This document shows, piece by piece, positions 9,868 through 18,636 of a stretch of 64,000 nt of DNA. The position numbers and the translations under genes were made by a program. Within the stretch, counting starts at the first letter, position 1. Each line of letters begins with the position of its first letter. Origin of the DNA: Candidatus Latescibacterota bacterium (lineage in GTDB: Bacteria > Latescibacterota > UBA2968 > GCA-2709665). The notes beneath the pieces were generated by a model. That model searched no databases and had not been told where the DNA came from. It was given only the letters and a program-made list of their open reading frames with translations. The stretch is from assembly GCA_965222075.1 (NCBI GenBank), contig OZ244937.1, forward strand, positions 960,001 through 1,024,000, written 5' to 3'.

Positions 9868-10092
9868 ACGGTTTGCGAACCCCGAGCTCGGCCGCTGAGC
9901 CTGCATCCTGAGTATGCGTTCGTTTCGACAAGCTCAACGAACCATCATTGAGCCTGAACCCTGAGCTTGAACCCTGAGCCTGAACCCTGAGCCTGAACCC
10001 TGAGCCTGTCGAAGGGTGTCGAAGGGTGTCGAAGGGTGTCGAAAGGGTGTCGAGGGGTTGCCGAAGGCGAGGCCGCCCCAGGCGGCGCAGCG
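9868..10092. repeat. attC-derived site expanded by nested TGAACCCTGAGCC/TGTCGAAGGG palindromic units
   Basis: Four left halves (9955, 9968, 9981, 9994) followed by four right halves (10007, 10017, 10027, 10037); flanks shared with 13278-13387. Confidence 0.8.
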
Positions 10093-10171
10093 AGCCGGGA
10101 GCACGCTGTTGTGTGCTGTGTCAGCCTGGGGTGATGAGGTGCGGCCTTGCCACGGATGACAAGGCCGCTGT

Positions 10172-10348
10172 CTATTCAGGTTGATCTACATGTTCAACTC
10201 GCTTGGGAGGAAGGGAAGTAAACTGCCTTCCACTTGTTTTTTCTCGCTTTTTTAGATCCTTATAAATAGCCTGTAGATCATAGTTAAATTTCCTCGCATG
10301 TGCTTCGCGTATTTTCCTGACTTCTTCTACAATCGGATCTTTCCACAT
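10172..10348 (-). CDS. Small PIN-toxin partner (putative antitoxin)
   Basis: MWKDPIVEEVRKIREAHARKFNYDLQAIYKDL, directly downstream of a PIN gene; paralog at 12035-12217. Confidence 0.7.
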   Translation of the reverse strand: MWKDPIVEEVRKIREAHARKFNYDLQAIYKDLKKREKTSGRQFTSLPPKRVEHVDQPE

Positions 10349-10352
10349 ATCA

Positions 10353-10645
10353 TCATTTCTCCAATAATTCTTCAGGTGTACAGATAATCGTTGGCTCATA
10401 CCCTTTGGTCCGACAGATCTGCTCAATTTTGCTCCGCATCGCTGCATTAGCCAGATGACTGCAATTCCACGTCAGCAGATAATCCATGCCATTGATTACA
10501 GCCGTAGCGATATGGATCGCATCTTCAGCAGCCTTCTGAGGAAGAGGACCTTTGTCTACAAGCTCATTGGCAAGAGATAAGCCTTCTTCGGTTACTTCCA
10601 GCAATTCGACTGTTTCCAATACTGCCAATCGTCTCTGACTCATTA
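10353..10645 (-). pseudogene. PIN/VapC-like toxin, N-terminus lost
   Basis: AAEDAIHIATAVINGMDYLLTWNCSHLANA..ICTPEEL; the N-terminal YIETS motif seen in the 12704 paralog is absent. Confidence 0.7.
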
Positions 10646-10884
10646 CTCTGGCCAACTCTCTTGACTTCCAAGAAAATTTTCGGACGTCCCGTGCTATCGC
10701 AGAGAGCGTAGTCAACTCGTCCTGACTCCACAGGATATTCGGGAGCCACCACCGAGGTATCGGATACAGGCCAGTCAAGCGCCTGTAACACGGGCAGTAC
10801 GATGCCCTGAGATACTGAGGCCTCGTTCGTGAATTTTCCGGATTTGAGTGAAACCCGAATTCGATCAACAGTTTCTCGTATCAT
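10640..10884 (-). pseudogene. Type I restriction HsdR N-terminal-like (PD-(D/E)xK) fragment
   Basis: NEASVSQGIVLPVLQALDW..VVAPEYPVESGRVDYAL..KIFLEVKR, breaking off into PIN sequence. Confidence 0.65.
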
Positions 10885-11368
10885 CAGTCTGTCTCCTCTG
10901 CGGTCCAAGACGGCCTCTTCATCCACTTCGTGTTGTTCGGTTGCGCCTAAGATTACGTCTGCGACGGCTTTCGGTCCGCCGGAGGCGGTTGGCGCGGCGT
11001 TTGTGCCTCTCAGCAAGCGACGTGACAAAGGAAGCTGTGCCCGAAGGATCGAAGGAGCACAGCGACTGAAACGCAGACGCGGTGTTAAATGCTGGCAGCG
11101 TGGCCTTTAAGGGCCAACATACAGCGTACACCATAGGATGGTTGTTTTATTGCTCATCCGCTTCCTGTAAACGACTCACCGCTGCAACTGCGATATGGTA
11201 GGCATCCATTTCAGCTGTGCAATAGCGACCGGGAGCGTAGCCTGTTACAAGCCGGCTACTTGGCGCCCAAGCAGCGGCTCCGATCGACATCTTGTTCAGC
11301 GAGAATTCCAGCAACACAAAAGCCTACGAGAGTCCTCGGTGGTCCATCTGGAATCCATGACAATCCTC

Positions 11369-11902
11369 TCAGTCGAAAATTATGCTATACTGCATCACTC
11401 GATAGTCTTGCTCTTTTTCGTGTTCTTGCACAAGATGATTTGCCCATTCTTCGTTCGGAACGACGATACTCCCGGTCTCGGGGGCGAAGTCGAGATATTC
11501 GCATTGCACCCGCCACTCTCGCTCCCAAGTGAAATCGACAGGTTCCTCGGAGTCTGGTCGGTACAAAACATGGCGCCACTGGTGGGAGGCTGGTAACGAA
11601 TAATATTCTTCGTCACTTTCGTAGATTACAGGTCTGCCTCCCATAGCAAATATCCATGATTTGGAAAAAAGGATGCCAAACGGGCGGTACCTTGAGTAGG
11701 CGCGTTCATTGACGAGTCCCCCGTCCAGAAGTCCGATAGGTGCTTCTGAGAAGCACACACAAGGATGCTGACCTTTGGTCATTCTGCTACCTGCAAGCAG
11801 CCGGCGCTCACCAATGATCTTCTGTAAGGTCTCGAACGCCTGCTGATTTGATTCGCCGGAAGTAAAGTGGATGAGATAGGGCGACATGTCTAGACGTGCC
11901 AA
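11369..11902 (-). CDS. AbiGi/DUF2971-like protein (possibly C-terminally truncated)
   Basis: LIHFT..LQKII..CVCFSEAP..YRPFGILFSKSWIF..GGRPVIY..DFTWEREWRV. Confidence 0.6.
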   Translation of the reverse strand: MARLDMSPYLIHFTSGESNQQAFETLQKIIGERRLLAGSRMTKGQHPCVCFSEAPIGLLDGGLVNERAYSRYRPFGILFSKSWIFAMGGRPVIYESDEEYYSLPASHQWRHVLYRPDSEEPVDFTWEREWRVQCEYLDFAPETGSIVVPNEEWANHLVQEHEKEQDYRVMQYSIIFD

Positions 11903-11945
11903 ATTCTGAACCTCCTACTTCTTTCCCCTTGAAACTCCGTATGCA

Positions 11946-12040
11946 GTTCCCGCCACTTGCGAACCCGCGGGGTGGGTTGTCGAAAGCCAGGGCGCGATAG
12001 CGACGTAGCGCTACTGTAGGCTGAGAAGGTGGGGTTACGT
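11946..12040 (-). repeat. Degenerate attC-like site
   Basis: gttcccgccacttgcgaac ... gttacgt; TAA stop of ORF 12035 lies within the core site. Confidence 0.55.
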
Positions 12041-12217
12041 GGCTTCGGGCTCTTCGTTGACAGTCCGTCTCTGCGAACGTGCCCGGTCCACGACTCTGCG
12101 GGCATGTTCACGCTCTTTTTCACGGATCATGGCGCCCAAACGGTTCACGTCATAATCGTGCTCGCGAGCAATATCCTCCTTGATCTTCCACAAGGCGGCT
12201 ATGACTTCATCCTTCAT
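12035..12217 (-). CDS. Small PIN-toxin partner (putative antitoxin)
   Basis: MKDEVIAALWKIKEDIAREHDYDV; overlaps the end of the PIN gene. Confidence 0.7.
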   Translation of the reverse strand: MKDEVIAALWKIKEDIAREHDYDVNRLGAMIREKEREHARRVVDRARSQRRTVNEEPEAT

Positions 12218-12704
12218 CGGGCAGGCCTCCTACCATCTCCTGGGGAGTGCAGATCTCCGGACAGGGATACCCATGCTCAGTACAAAGTGCTCGAACCCGT
12301 GGCTTGATCAGAGCATTGTCGATGTGCTTGAAGTTCCAGGTGAGAAGATAATCGACGGCGTGCACGACCGATAGTGCGATGTGGAACGCGTCATCTGCTG
12401 CCTCAATGGGTAGCGGACCAGGGTGGACGAGCCTGCCAGCGAACTCGATGACCGGGTCCGACACAGCCAGTAAGGGTATGCCCTCGAGATTCGCCATTCT
12501 GCGTTCTGCCGCTTCCTGATCGCCACGACTGGCTTCTTCAAGCACCAAGGCCGAAGTGCAAAGATCGAAATCCTGGCGCTGGTGGTTCCACCACGACACC
12601 GTCACGTCTTGCCAGGCCGCTACCAACAGGCTCTGCGATGGGCGCGCTGTAAGGTAACTCACTATCGATGTTTCGATGTAGACCGACGGCATAGGATGAG
12701 ACAC
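12207..12704 (-). CDS. PIN domain (VapC-like) toxin
   Basis: SVYIETSIVSYL, VLEEASRGD, DAFHIALS..DYLLTWNFKHI..ICTPQE. Confidence 0.88.
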   Translation of the reverse strand: MSHPMPSVYIETSIVSYLTARPSQSLLVAAWQDVTVSWWNHQRQDFDLCTSALVLEEASRGDQEAAERRMANLEGIPLLAVSDPVIEFAGRLVHPGPLPIEAADDAFHIALSVVHAVDYLLTWNFKHIDNALIKPRVRALCTEHGYPCPEICTPQEMVGGLPDEG

Positions 12705-12714
12705 CCCTAATTCA

Positions 12715-12805
12715 GTCTAAGTTCCCGCCATTTGCGAACTACGCAACGCGGGTTGCTGACAGGCCAGGGAGCGATAGCGACGTAGCGCAAGTGGACGTGT
12801 TATGT
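12715..12805 (-). repeat. attC-like site (core site has lost one base)
   Basis: gtctaa-gttcccgccatttgcgaac ... cgcaagtggacgtgttatgt; arms ccatttgcg/cgcaagtgg. Confidence 0.6.
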
Positions 12806-12868
12806 AGCTCCTTCAGGACACAGGGGCGTGCGCGCTGGCCCCACCTGATTCGCGCTTTTTCAAACAGG

Positions 12869-13267
12869 TCACTCCGCGAACGTTTCCTCGCCCCTTGCCT
12901 TCTGTTTCTGCCTTATCTCTGCGATTTCTTCGTCTGTCAGACTTTCTCTGTCCGTTACGATCGTCTGTTCGATGAGTTCCAGCTTCAATTCCCGGTTGGT
13001 CAGCCACTCCCAGCGAGCGGCATTTGCCGGGTGGGGATGTGGATGCACATCACGAGGCCCCACCTCATCGGAAACGACATAGAGATAACCTGGTGTGACG
13101 CCGTTATGCTTCACCTCACCTCCGTCGGACATAGAGACAAGTGAGGGCCTGTGAGAGAACGCTTTCGCCACATTTCTGTTCTGTGTGATCGAACTTCCGA
13201 CCCGAAGTTTCGTCAGTTCCTGCTGAGAGCCATGGTACCACGTGAGACTATAGTCGCAATCCGGCAT
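12869..13267 (-). CDS. Hypothetical protein with Arr-like ADP-ribosyltransferase motif pattern
   Basis: WYHGS...SIT...GYLYVV...WEWLT spacing typical of HYE-type ART folds. Confidence 0.5.
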   Translation of the reverse strand: MPDCDYSLTWYHGSQQELTKLRVGSSITQNRNVAKAFSHRPSLVSMSDGGEVKHNGVTPGYLYVVSDEVGPRDVHPHPHPANAARWEWLTNRELKLELIEQTIVTDRESLTDEEIAEIRQKQKARGEETFAE

Positions 13268-13387
13268 CAGTAACCTCCGGTTTGCGAACCCCGAGCTCGT
13301 CCGCTGAGCCTGAACCCTGAGCCTGTCGAAGGGTGTCGAAGCGTGTCGAGGGGTTGCCGAAGGCGAGGCCGCCCCAGGCGGCGCAGC
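13268..13387 (-). repeat. attC-like site with three nested palindromic units
   Basis: cagtaacctccggtttgcgaac ccccgagc..cgctgagcc tgaaccctgagcc tgtcgaaggg tgtcgaagcg tgtcgagggg. Confidence 0.65.
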
Positions 13388-13451
13388 AAAAACCCGCCTT
13401 TTCTAAAGCTCGCACTGCATTCAAATGATTGACACCTGATATTTTCGGCAT
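13388..13451 (-). pseudogene. hicA: HicA toxin fragment
   Basis: MPKISGVNHLNAVRALEKAGF then runs into the repeat; follows hicB. Confidence 0.7.
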
Positions 13452-13452
13452 C

Positions 13453-13650
13453 CTATACCGTCAACTCGATCTCTCGTACTTCTACGTCATCCAACAGATT
13501 GTCAACGACTTCAAGATACTCACGTATTGCCGTCTCGATGTTTGCAATCGCTTCATCTTCCGTGTCCCCTTGCGACCAGCACCCTGGCAAGCCAGGCACC
13601 GAAACGCTATAGCCTTCTTCGGATTTGTGAAGAGCGATTTTATACCTCAT
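13453..13650 (-). CDS. hicB: HicB family antitoxin
   Basis: YSVSVPGLPGCWSQGDTEDEAIANIETAIREYL; AAGGAGG RBS. Confidence 0.9.
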   Translation of the reverse strand: MRYKIALHKSEEGYSVSVPGLPGCWSQGDTEDEAIANIETAIREYLEVVDNLLDDVEVREIELTV

Positions 13651-13674
13651 CAAAACCTCCTTGCGGTTGTTCAT

Positions 13675-14442
13675 TCACGTGTTTGATGACAGCCTCTCCT
13701 GGCTCTTTTTCAACAGGAAGCCCGCGTACCGTCGATCCCGACCATAGGTTGCACGGTACTCAATCTTGAACCCAGCCTTCGTCAGTTCCTCTCTATATCC
13801 CTTCAGGCTCCGCGCACGCCCAAGTAGAAATATCTTTTTGCCTTTTACATCCCTCCACTGGTTTCCCTGGCACTTCTGAAACGAAATTCCAGAAGTGGTG
13901 GTGCCCGTCAGCCTGCAAAATTCATCGAATGAGGAAATCGGACCTTCACAGGCGTCCTCGTCACGCGCACCAAAGAGGATGAAGTATCCTTTGCCCTGCA
14001 GGACTCGTCTAACATTCCTCAAATAGACTTCTCTGTGAGCGTCGAGAACCAGCATATTAAAGCAATAGCAGTCGATAACGATTTGGAACCTGGTGGTCGG
14101 GAAAGTGTGAAGATCCAACACATTCTCTACCTCGAATCTTGCATCTACACCACTTTCAGCAGCTCGTTGTCTGGCTCGTTCGATGGCTGCCTCGGAGATA
14201 TCGATACCCAGATACTGATATCCAAGCCCTGCCAGAAAGAGGCCGGTCGTGCCGTCCCCACATCCCAGGTCCAAAATCTTAGTTTTCCGCGGAGAATGTG
14301 GGATTCTTCGAAGTAGTCCCTTGAGGCGCTGAAGATCCCTCTGCTGTGAGGCCCCTTCACCAAGGTACGTCAAGCCTTCTTTATAAGCGACTCGATAGTT
14401 GTGATCGTATGCCTTTAAGTATGATCGGTCATCAAACTTCAT
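13675..14442 (-). CDS. Class I SAM-dependent methyltransferase
   Basis: KILDLGCGDG, GIDISEAAIERA, YLRNVRRVLQGKG. Confidence 0.88.
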   Translation of the reverse strand: MKFDDRSYLKAYDHNYRVAYKEGLTYLGEGASQQRDLQRLKGLLRRIPHSPRKTKILDLGCGDGTTGLFLAGLGYQYLGIDISEAAIERARQRAAESGVDARFEVENVLDLHTFPTTRFQIVIDCYCFNMLVLDAHREVYLRNVRRVLQGKGYFILFGARDEDACEGPISSFDEFCRLTGTTTSGISFQKCQGNQWRDVKGKKIFLLGRARSLKGYREELTKAGFKIEYRATYGRDRRYAGFLLKKSQERLSSNT

Positions 14443-14466
14443 AGGTCAGTTGTCGCAGGTAATGGC

Positions 14467-14532
14467 GTTTAACGTTTTCGCCGTGCCCGAACCGCGTAGC
14501 GGTAAGGCGTCGGGGGCAGCGGTTGGTTATGC
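14467..14532 (-). repeat. attC site (best-formed example)
   Basis: Minus strand GCATAAC-caa-CCGCTGCCCCCGA..accgctacgcggt..TCGGGCACGGCG-aaaac-GTTAAAC; the TAA stop of the upstream gene is inside R''. Confidence 0.8.
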
Positions 14533-14847
14533 CCCAACTTGCACGAGACTGCGCGGTTGCAGCGAAGCAAGGGTCTCTTCCAGCTTTGGCACGAGCGGCA
14601 TCAGGACGTGTAATTCGTTCGACTGCGCATGCAGGACCACGACCCCTATGGGGAGGGCGGATAGGTTCTGTTGGTACTGAAGATTCTTGTCGACGGTGAT
14701 AAACGCATCAAAATCCGACGCCGCAAGGCGGAGCACCTCACCGTTCTTGTTACCACCCCATCCCATCTCCACCACCGTCCGTACGCTATGGCTGGGTAGG
14801 GATTGCCGCAGGCGACGGGGAACCGATTCGTCAAGAAGTAGACGCAT
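14527..14847 (-). CDS. DUF5615 family PIN-like toxin
   Basis: MRLLLDESVPRRLR..VVEMGWGGNKNGEVL..FITVDKNLQYQQNL. Confidence 0.85.
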   Translation of the reverse strand: MRLLLDESVPRRLRQSLPSHSVRTVVEMGWGGNKNGEVLRLAASDFDAFITVDKNLQYQQNLSALPIGVVVLHAQSNELHVLMPLVPKLEETLASLQPRSLVQVGA

Positions 14848-15049
14848 CGGCAAAAAGACGTGCTTTCGCGGCCTCGAGCACAGCTACTGCTGCCTCGCGG
14901 GAAACAGAGGGAAAGTCCTCCAAGAAATCCTCAAGCGAAGAGGTCCCCTCAAGGTAGTCGAATAGGTTCTGAACCGGTACGCGGGTCCCCTTGAAACATA
15001 GTGCCCCACTCATGATCTCCGAATCGCGGCTGATGTAAATAGCTTTCAT
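14831..15049 (-). CDS. DUF433 antitoxin
   Basis: IMSGALCFKGTRVPVQNLFDYLEG..FLEDFPSVSRE. Confidence 0.88.
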   Translation of the reverse strand: MKAIYISRDSEIMSGALCFKGTRVPVQNLFDYLEGTSSLEDFLEDFPSVSREAAVAVLEAAKARLFADASTS

Positions 15050-15218
15050 TGATACCTCCAAACTCGAAATCCTATGCTGTATATCACCATCAAATACTGC
15101 AAGATCGGTCAGCCTATCACGACACTCGGATGTTGGCAATTAACGTCTCAAACTGCTGATTAGCAGTGCTTTGTAGGTTCTGGTTGTTCAGGCAAGAGTA
15201 CCAAGCGTTCTAAAACCA

Positions 15219-15860
15219 TTAGCGACGGTATCTGTCCAACTCGGTTCTGACCTTGCGGAAAAGATCAGGCTGAATCTCCGGATGGGTCAGTTTCCCAGGA
15301 AGACTATCACCGAAAAAGGTTTCCTCTATCTCAGAATCGGGCATTTTTCCCAGTTTTTCTACGCGAGCATGAAACAGGAGGCCGCAGTTGGTTCGTCCAT
15401 CTTGTTCCACCGAGTACGCACAGATTCTCTTCAGTTCAAAAGCTTCTGCACCGGTCTCCTCACGTAGTTCCCTGGCGGCGGCCTCCGCTGGCTTTTCTCC
15501 AGGCTCAATGTGTCCGCCGGGAATCTCCCACGTATCTCTCTTTTTGTGTTTGCAGAAGATCCATTGGCCTTTGTACTCAGCAACAATCACCACGTATGTG
15601 AGATCGAGATCTGTGACAGTTCCCACTTCAGGAAATGAAACGACCACGCAGTTCCTCTGATCCAGTCCCTCAGGTGAAAGCTCGAGATACGATTCTATCT
15701 GCCAACGCTCGACCGTGGGATAATCCTGGAGAAACTCCTCAATGGAGTGCCCCCCTTTGAGATAACACACCAGGCTGTCTACCGGGACCCGCGTGCCGGC
15801 GAAGACCAGATCTCCGCTGTGGCTGGGTGTTCTACATGCTCCCAAAATATAGACCGCCAT
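15219..15860 (-). CDS. Chimeric ORF: DUF433 segment fused in-frame to a NUDIX hydrolase
   Basis: HSGDLVFAGTRVPVDSLVCYLKGG followed by WEIPGGHIEPGEKPAEAAARELREETGA; start uncertain. Confidence 0.7.
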   Translation of the reverse strand: MAVYILGACRTPSHSGDLVFAGTRVPVDSLVCYLKGGHSIEEFLQDYPTVERWQIESYLELSPEGLDQRNCVVVSFPEVGTVTDLDLTYVVIVAEYKGQWIFCKHKKRDTWEIPGGHIEPGEKPAEAAARELREETGAEAFELKRICAYSVEQDGRTNCGLLFHARVEKLGKMPDSEIEETFFGDSLPGKLTHPEIQPDLFRKVRTELDRYRR

Positions 15861-15899
15861 TTCAAAATGTAAGGGTCCAGAAACCTGAAAAACGATTGC

Positions 15900-15988
15900 G
15901 TCTAACGTTCCCGCCACTTGCGAACCTGCCGCAGGCAGGTTGGGTCGGAGGCGCGTATGCGCCAGAGCCGTAGGTGCTCGTGTTAACT
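15900..15988 (-). repeat. attC-like site containing a short CCTGCCGCAGGCAGG element
   Basis: gtctaacgttcccgccacttgcgaac ... gttaact. Confidence 0.6.
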
Positions 15989-16037
15989 GCGGTGCAGGAT
16001 CCTCCCTCCGCAAGGCCTGTCTATCCCAAAGTTGCTC

Positions 16038-16991
16038 TCACAGAACTTCCATAACCCGGTCAAGCCTGCTGTGAATTTCCTCTGTCTCCGCAAGTTCGAG
16101 ACTTGCCTCTGCCCAAGAAGGAAACCTGGGCCGCCGGAAGGCCTCAACGAGAGCATACAGAGGGGCCATTAAGTCGTCTAAGGTTTTCTCCCTGGGATCG
16201 GTCTCGCCGTACGCAGACCGGAATGCATCCGCAGCATCTGGTCCAAGAGAGCCGGTTACGTTTCTGCAATCGGAATACCGCAATCCCAGCCCCAGAAGGT
16301 GGTAGTCAAACACAACGGCCCTGATTGGCTTCTCGTTCCGAGACAATGCCAAATTGGTCCAATGGAAGTCATTGTAAGTTAGGGTCTCAGCAGAAGTCAT
16401 CGCGGCGTTCTTGATTCTGTCGATGTTGTCGGCAAGAGTGACCCACTTGGACTGATCTGAGCCCCGGACCTTCGAAGCCACCTCCAAGATCGACGCAGGA
16501 GTCAATTCGTCGATCTCACGCCACAAGAATGAAGGCCCGGGCTGACCCGTCCACAACCTCGAGTCCGTATCGTGAAGTGCTCGATACCAGGCCGCCAGAG
16601 CGACGCCAACCTCAGCTTTCCCGATATCGTCCTCACCGGCAGGCCTGAGATGTTTGCTGACTTCAAGATCTTCAAGAAGAAGTGCATCATTCGTCCTCGC
16701 AATGACGCGGAGGGTGGGAACCCCAAGATCCTTGAGGAGCGCATACGCCCCGACTTCTCTTGAGGCATCCGGATCTCCGAATACTTTCAGTATGTAAGAG
16801 GAACCTTCAAGAGCGATCCGGAAGAGGCGATTACCATGTCTCTCCTGGATTGGCTCGACCTTTTCCAGATGAGAGGTATCAAACCCCATCTTTGCCAGGG
16901 TAGCGCACACATCATCGGCGGATTCCGTCACATCGTCTCTCGCAGGGTTGAATGCTCTCTCATATATCAACTCAGAGGCAGACGGCTTCAA
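16038..16991 (-). CDS. Aminoglycoside phosphotransferase/choline kinase-like protein
   Basis: YILKVF, LLLEDL, LTYNDFHWTNL (Brenner-like motif), VVFDY. Confidence 0.8.
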   Translation of the reverse strand: MKPSASELIYERAFNPARDDVTESADDVCATLAKMGFDTSHLEKVEPIQERHGNRLFRIALEGSSYILKVFGDPDASREVGAYALLKDLGVPTLRVIARTNDALLLEDLEVSKHLRPAGEDDIGKAEVGVALAAWYRALHDTDSRLWTGQPGPSFLWREIDELTPASILEVASKVRGSDQSKWVTLADNIDRIKNAAMTSAETLTYNDFHWTNLALSRNEKPIRAVVFDYHLLGLGLRYSDCRNVTGSLGPDAADAFRSAYGETDPREKTLDDLMAPLYALVEAFRRPRFPSWAEASLELAETEEIHSRLDRVMEVL

Positions 16992-16998
16992 AGAAAGA

Positions 16999-17830
16999 CT
17001 ATTGCCGACGTTTCAGCAGGAATATCATTTCGGGCGCCTCGGGTCCGATTGGTCTCCGGTCAAATGATCCAAACTCTTCCACACTCTCAAGACCCGCAAC
17101 GTAGAAAAGCAGTTTAAGGTGAGGATAAGTATAGGCGCTCATCTTCAACGGCTGTACTTCCTCAGATAGAACTTGATCACCCTCACACAACCGGAAGATA
17201 AATCTGCCCGAGAAATTCAGGTTGACCGGGTCGATCTCGTCCTTTACAAAGTAACGCCGGATCATCCGATCAGTCCCATCCTGCGCAGGCCACTCCAGGT
17301 CCAGGTATTCCTCGCCGATGCCCGATAGAAGTTTGTCGAAACGAGGATTAAACACATCAAAGGCGAGGATACCGCCATCTGCCAAATGTCTCCCCGCGTT
17401 CTTCAGGGCAGCCAGCTGGTCATCCGTGGTGTACATATGTTGCATGGGTCTGAATGGAATCATTACCAACGAAAACCGATCATTCAAATAATGGGTCCGG
17501 AAATCTCCCTCTATAACTCGTATTCTCCGTCTTACGCCTGCAGGTTCTTTGGCGAGCTTTGCGCGTAAGACCTCCAGCATCGAATGAGAAGCATCCAACC
17601 CTGTGACATCAATACCTTGTCTCGCCAGTGGCAAGGTAATTCGTCCGGTGCCGCAGCCCAATTCGAGGACAGGTCCAACCCTGTGACCACAGTGGCAAGG
17701 TAATTCGTCCGGTGCCGCAGCCCAACGTATTGGCCAGATCGAGATAGAAGTCCCTGTTCGTCAAATTGTCCTTGACGCCGTATGCAGCGTCGTAATGCTT
17801 CGCTCCCGAACTGTAGGGATCATCAATCAT
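16999..17830 (-). pseudogene. Class I SAM methyltransferase disrupted by an internal duplication
   Basis: N-terminal ORF 17609-17830 and main ORF 16999-17661 both contain LGCGTGRITLPL; the 36 bp at 17626-17661 recur at 17690-17725. Confidence 0.75.
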
Positions 17831-17894
17831 TCTCTTCCCTCCATTCTATTCTTTTGCTCCTGGCCTTTTTCTTGCTCGCCCAGGAAAAAGGCCG

Positions 17895-17930
17895 CCTGTC
17901 TGCGTGCGTGAGACAGCACGCACAGGCAGG
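17895..17930. repeat. CCTG...CAGG palindromic element (36 bp)
   Basis: cctgtctgcgtgcgtgagacagcacgcacaggcagg; near-identical core at 61908-61939. Confidence 0.8.
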
Positions 17931-18006
17931 CGGGGGCTGCTTGCTCACCTTCCAGCAATCCTTGCTGCGCATCAACAATGAGTAGTGCTGTGACCGATTT
18001 CTTCAT
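17931..18006 (-). pseudogene. Isochorismatase/cysteine hydrolase N-terminal fragment
   Basis: Manual translation MKKSVTALLIVDAQQGLLEGEQAAP, ending at the palindromic element. Confidence 0.55.
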
Positions 18007-18130
18007 ACAAACCCACCATATTCACCGGCTCTGGCACCCACGTTCCGGGAAATATGTCATTGGCCGACTTTCCCGACCATGCCGCTTTCAGGTAAGATTC
18101 TCGCCGTGGAGGTTGAAGGGTCCCTGTCCT

Positions 18131-18445
18131 TTATACTTCAAGTCCTATGTCATGTGGCTCAATCGCCTCCAGTTCCTGAGCTTCAGACCGGGTGGCATGA
18201 TACAGATCCCAGCGAAGTTGGAGATTCAGCCAAAACGCAGGAGACACATCGAAATATTTTGCCAGGCGCAGGGCTGTGCTCGGAGTAACACCACGTCGAC
18301 CGTTCACCAATTCGTTGACCCGCTGATAAGGAACATGAATGGCGGCAGCCAATTCGCGCTGCGTTAAACCCAAAGGATTTAGAAACTCCTCCAGCAGCAT
18401 CTCACCCGGATGAGTCGGAACACGATCTGTTGGTATACGTACCAT
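18131..18445 (-). CDS. higA: HigA family antitoxin (preceded in-frame by a HigB stub, 18446-18487)
   Basis: PTHPGEMLLEEFL..TQRELA..RVNELVNGRRGVTPSTALRLAKYF..FWLNLQ; upstream MIQSFRRTGTE resembles a HigB N-terminus. Confidence 0.9.
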   Translation of the reverse strand: MVRIPTDRVPTHPGEMLLEEFLNPLGLTQRELAAAIHVPYQRVNELVNGRRGVTPSTALRLAKYFDVSPAFWLNLQLRWDLYHATRSEAQELEAIEPHDIGLEV

Positions 18446-18531
18446 GATCGACACCTCGGTGCCAGTACGCCGGAACGATTGAATCATAAGATTGATGTCG
18501 TGAACTGACCACGCACTCCGGCCACAATTTC

Positions 18532-18620
18532 AGGTAACGTTCCCGGCACCCACGAAACTGCCGCATGCAGGTTGAGCCGGAGGCGTGAAAACGCCGCAGC
18601 CGCAGCCCGTCGTGTCAGAT
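18532..18620 (-). repeat. Degenerate attC-like site
   Basis: aggtaacgttcccggcacccacgaaa, matching atttaacgtttccggcacccacgaaa at 6802. Confidence 0.5.
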
Positions 18621-18636
18621 GCTGTGGCGGAGCATG

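Noticed and set aside
9950-10060. Short tandem repeats as a possible CRISPR array
   Set aside because: Units are 10-13 bp with no unique spacers and there are no cas genes; better explained as nested palindromic elements.
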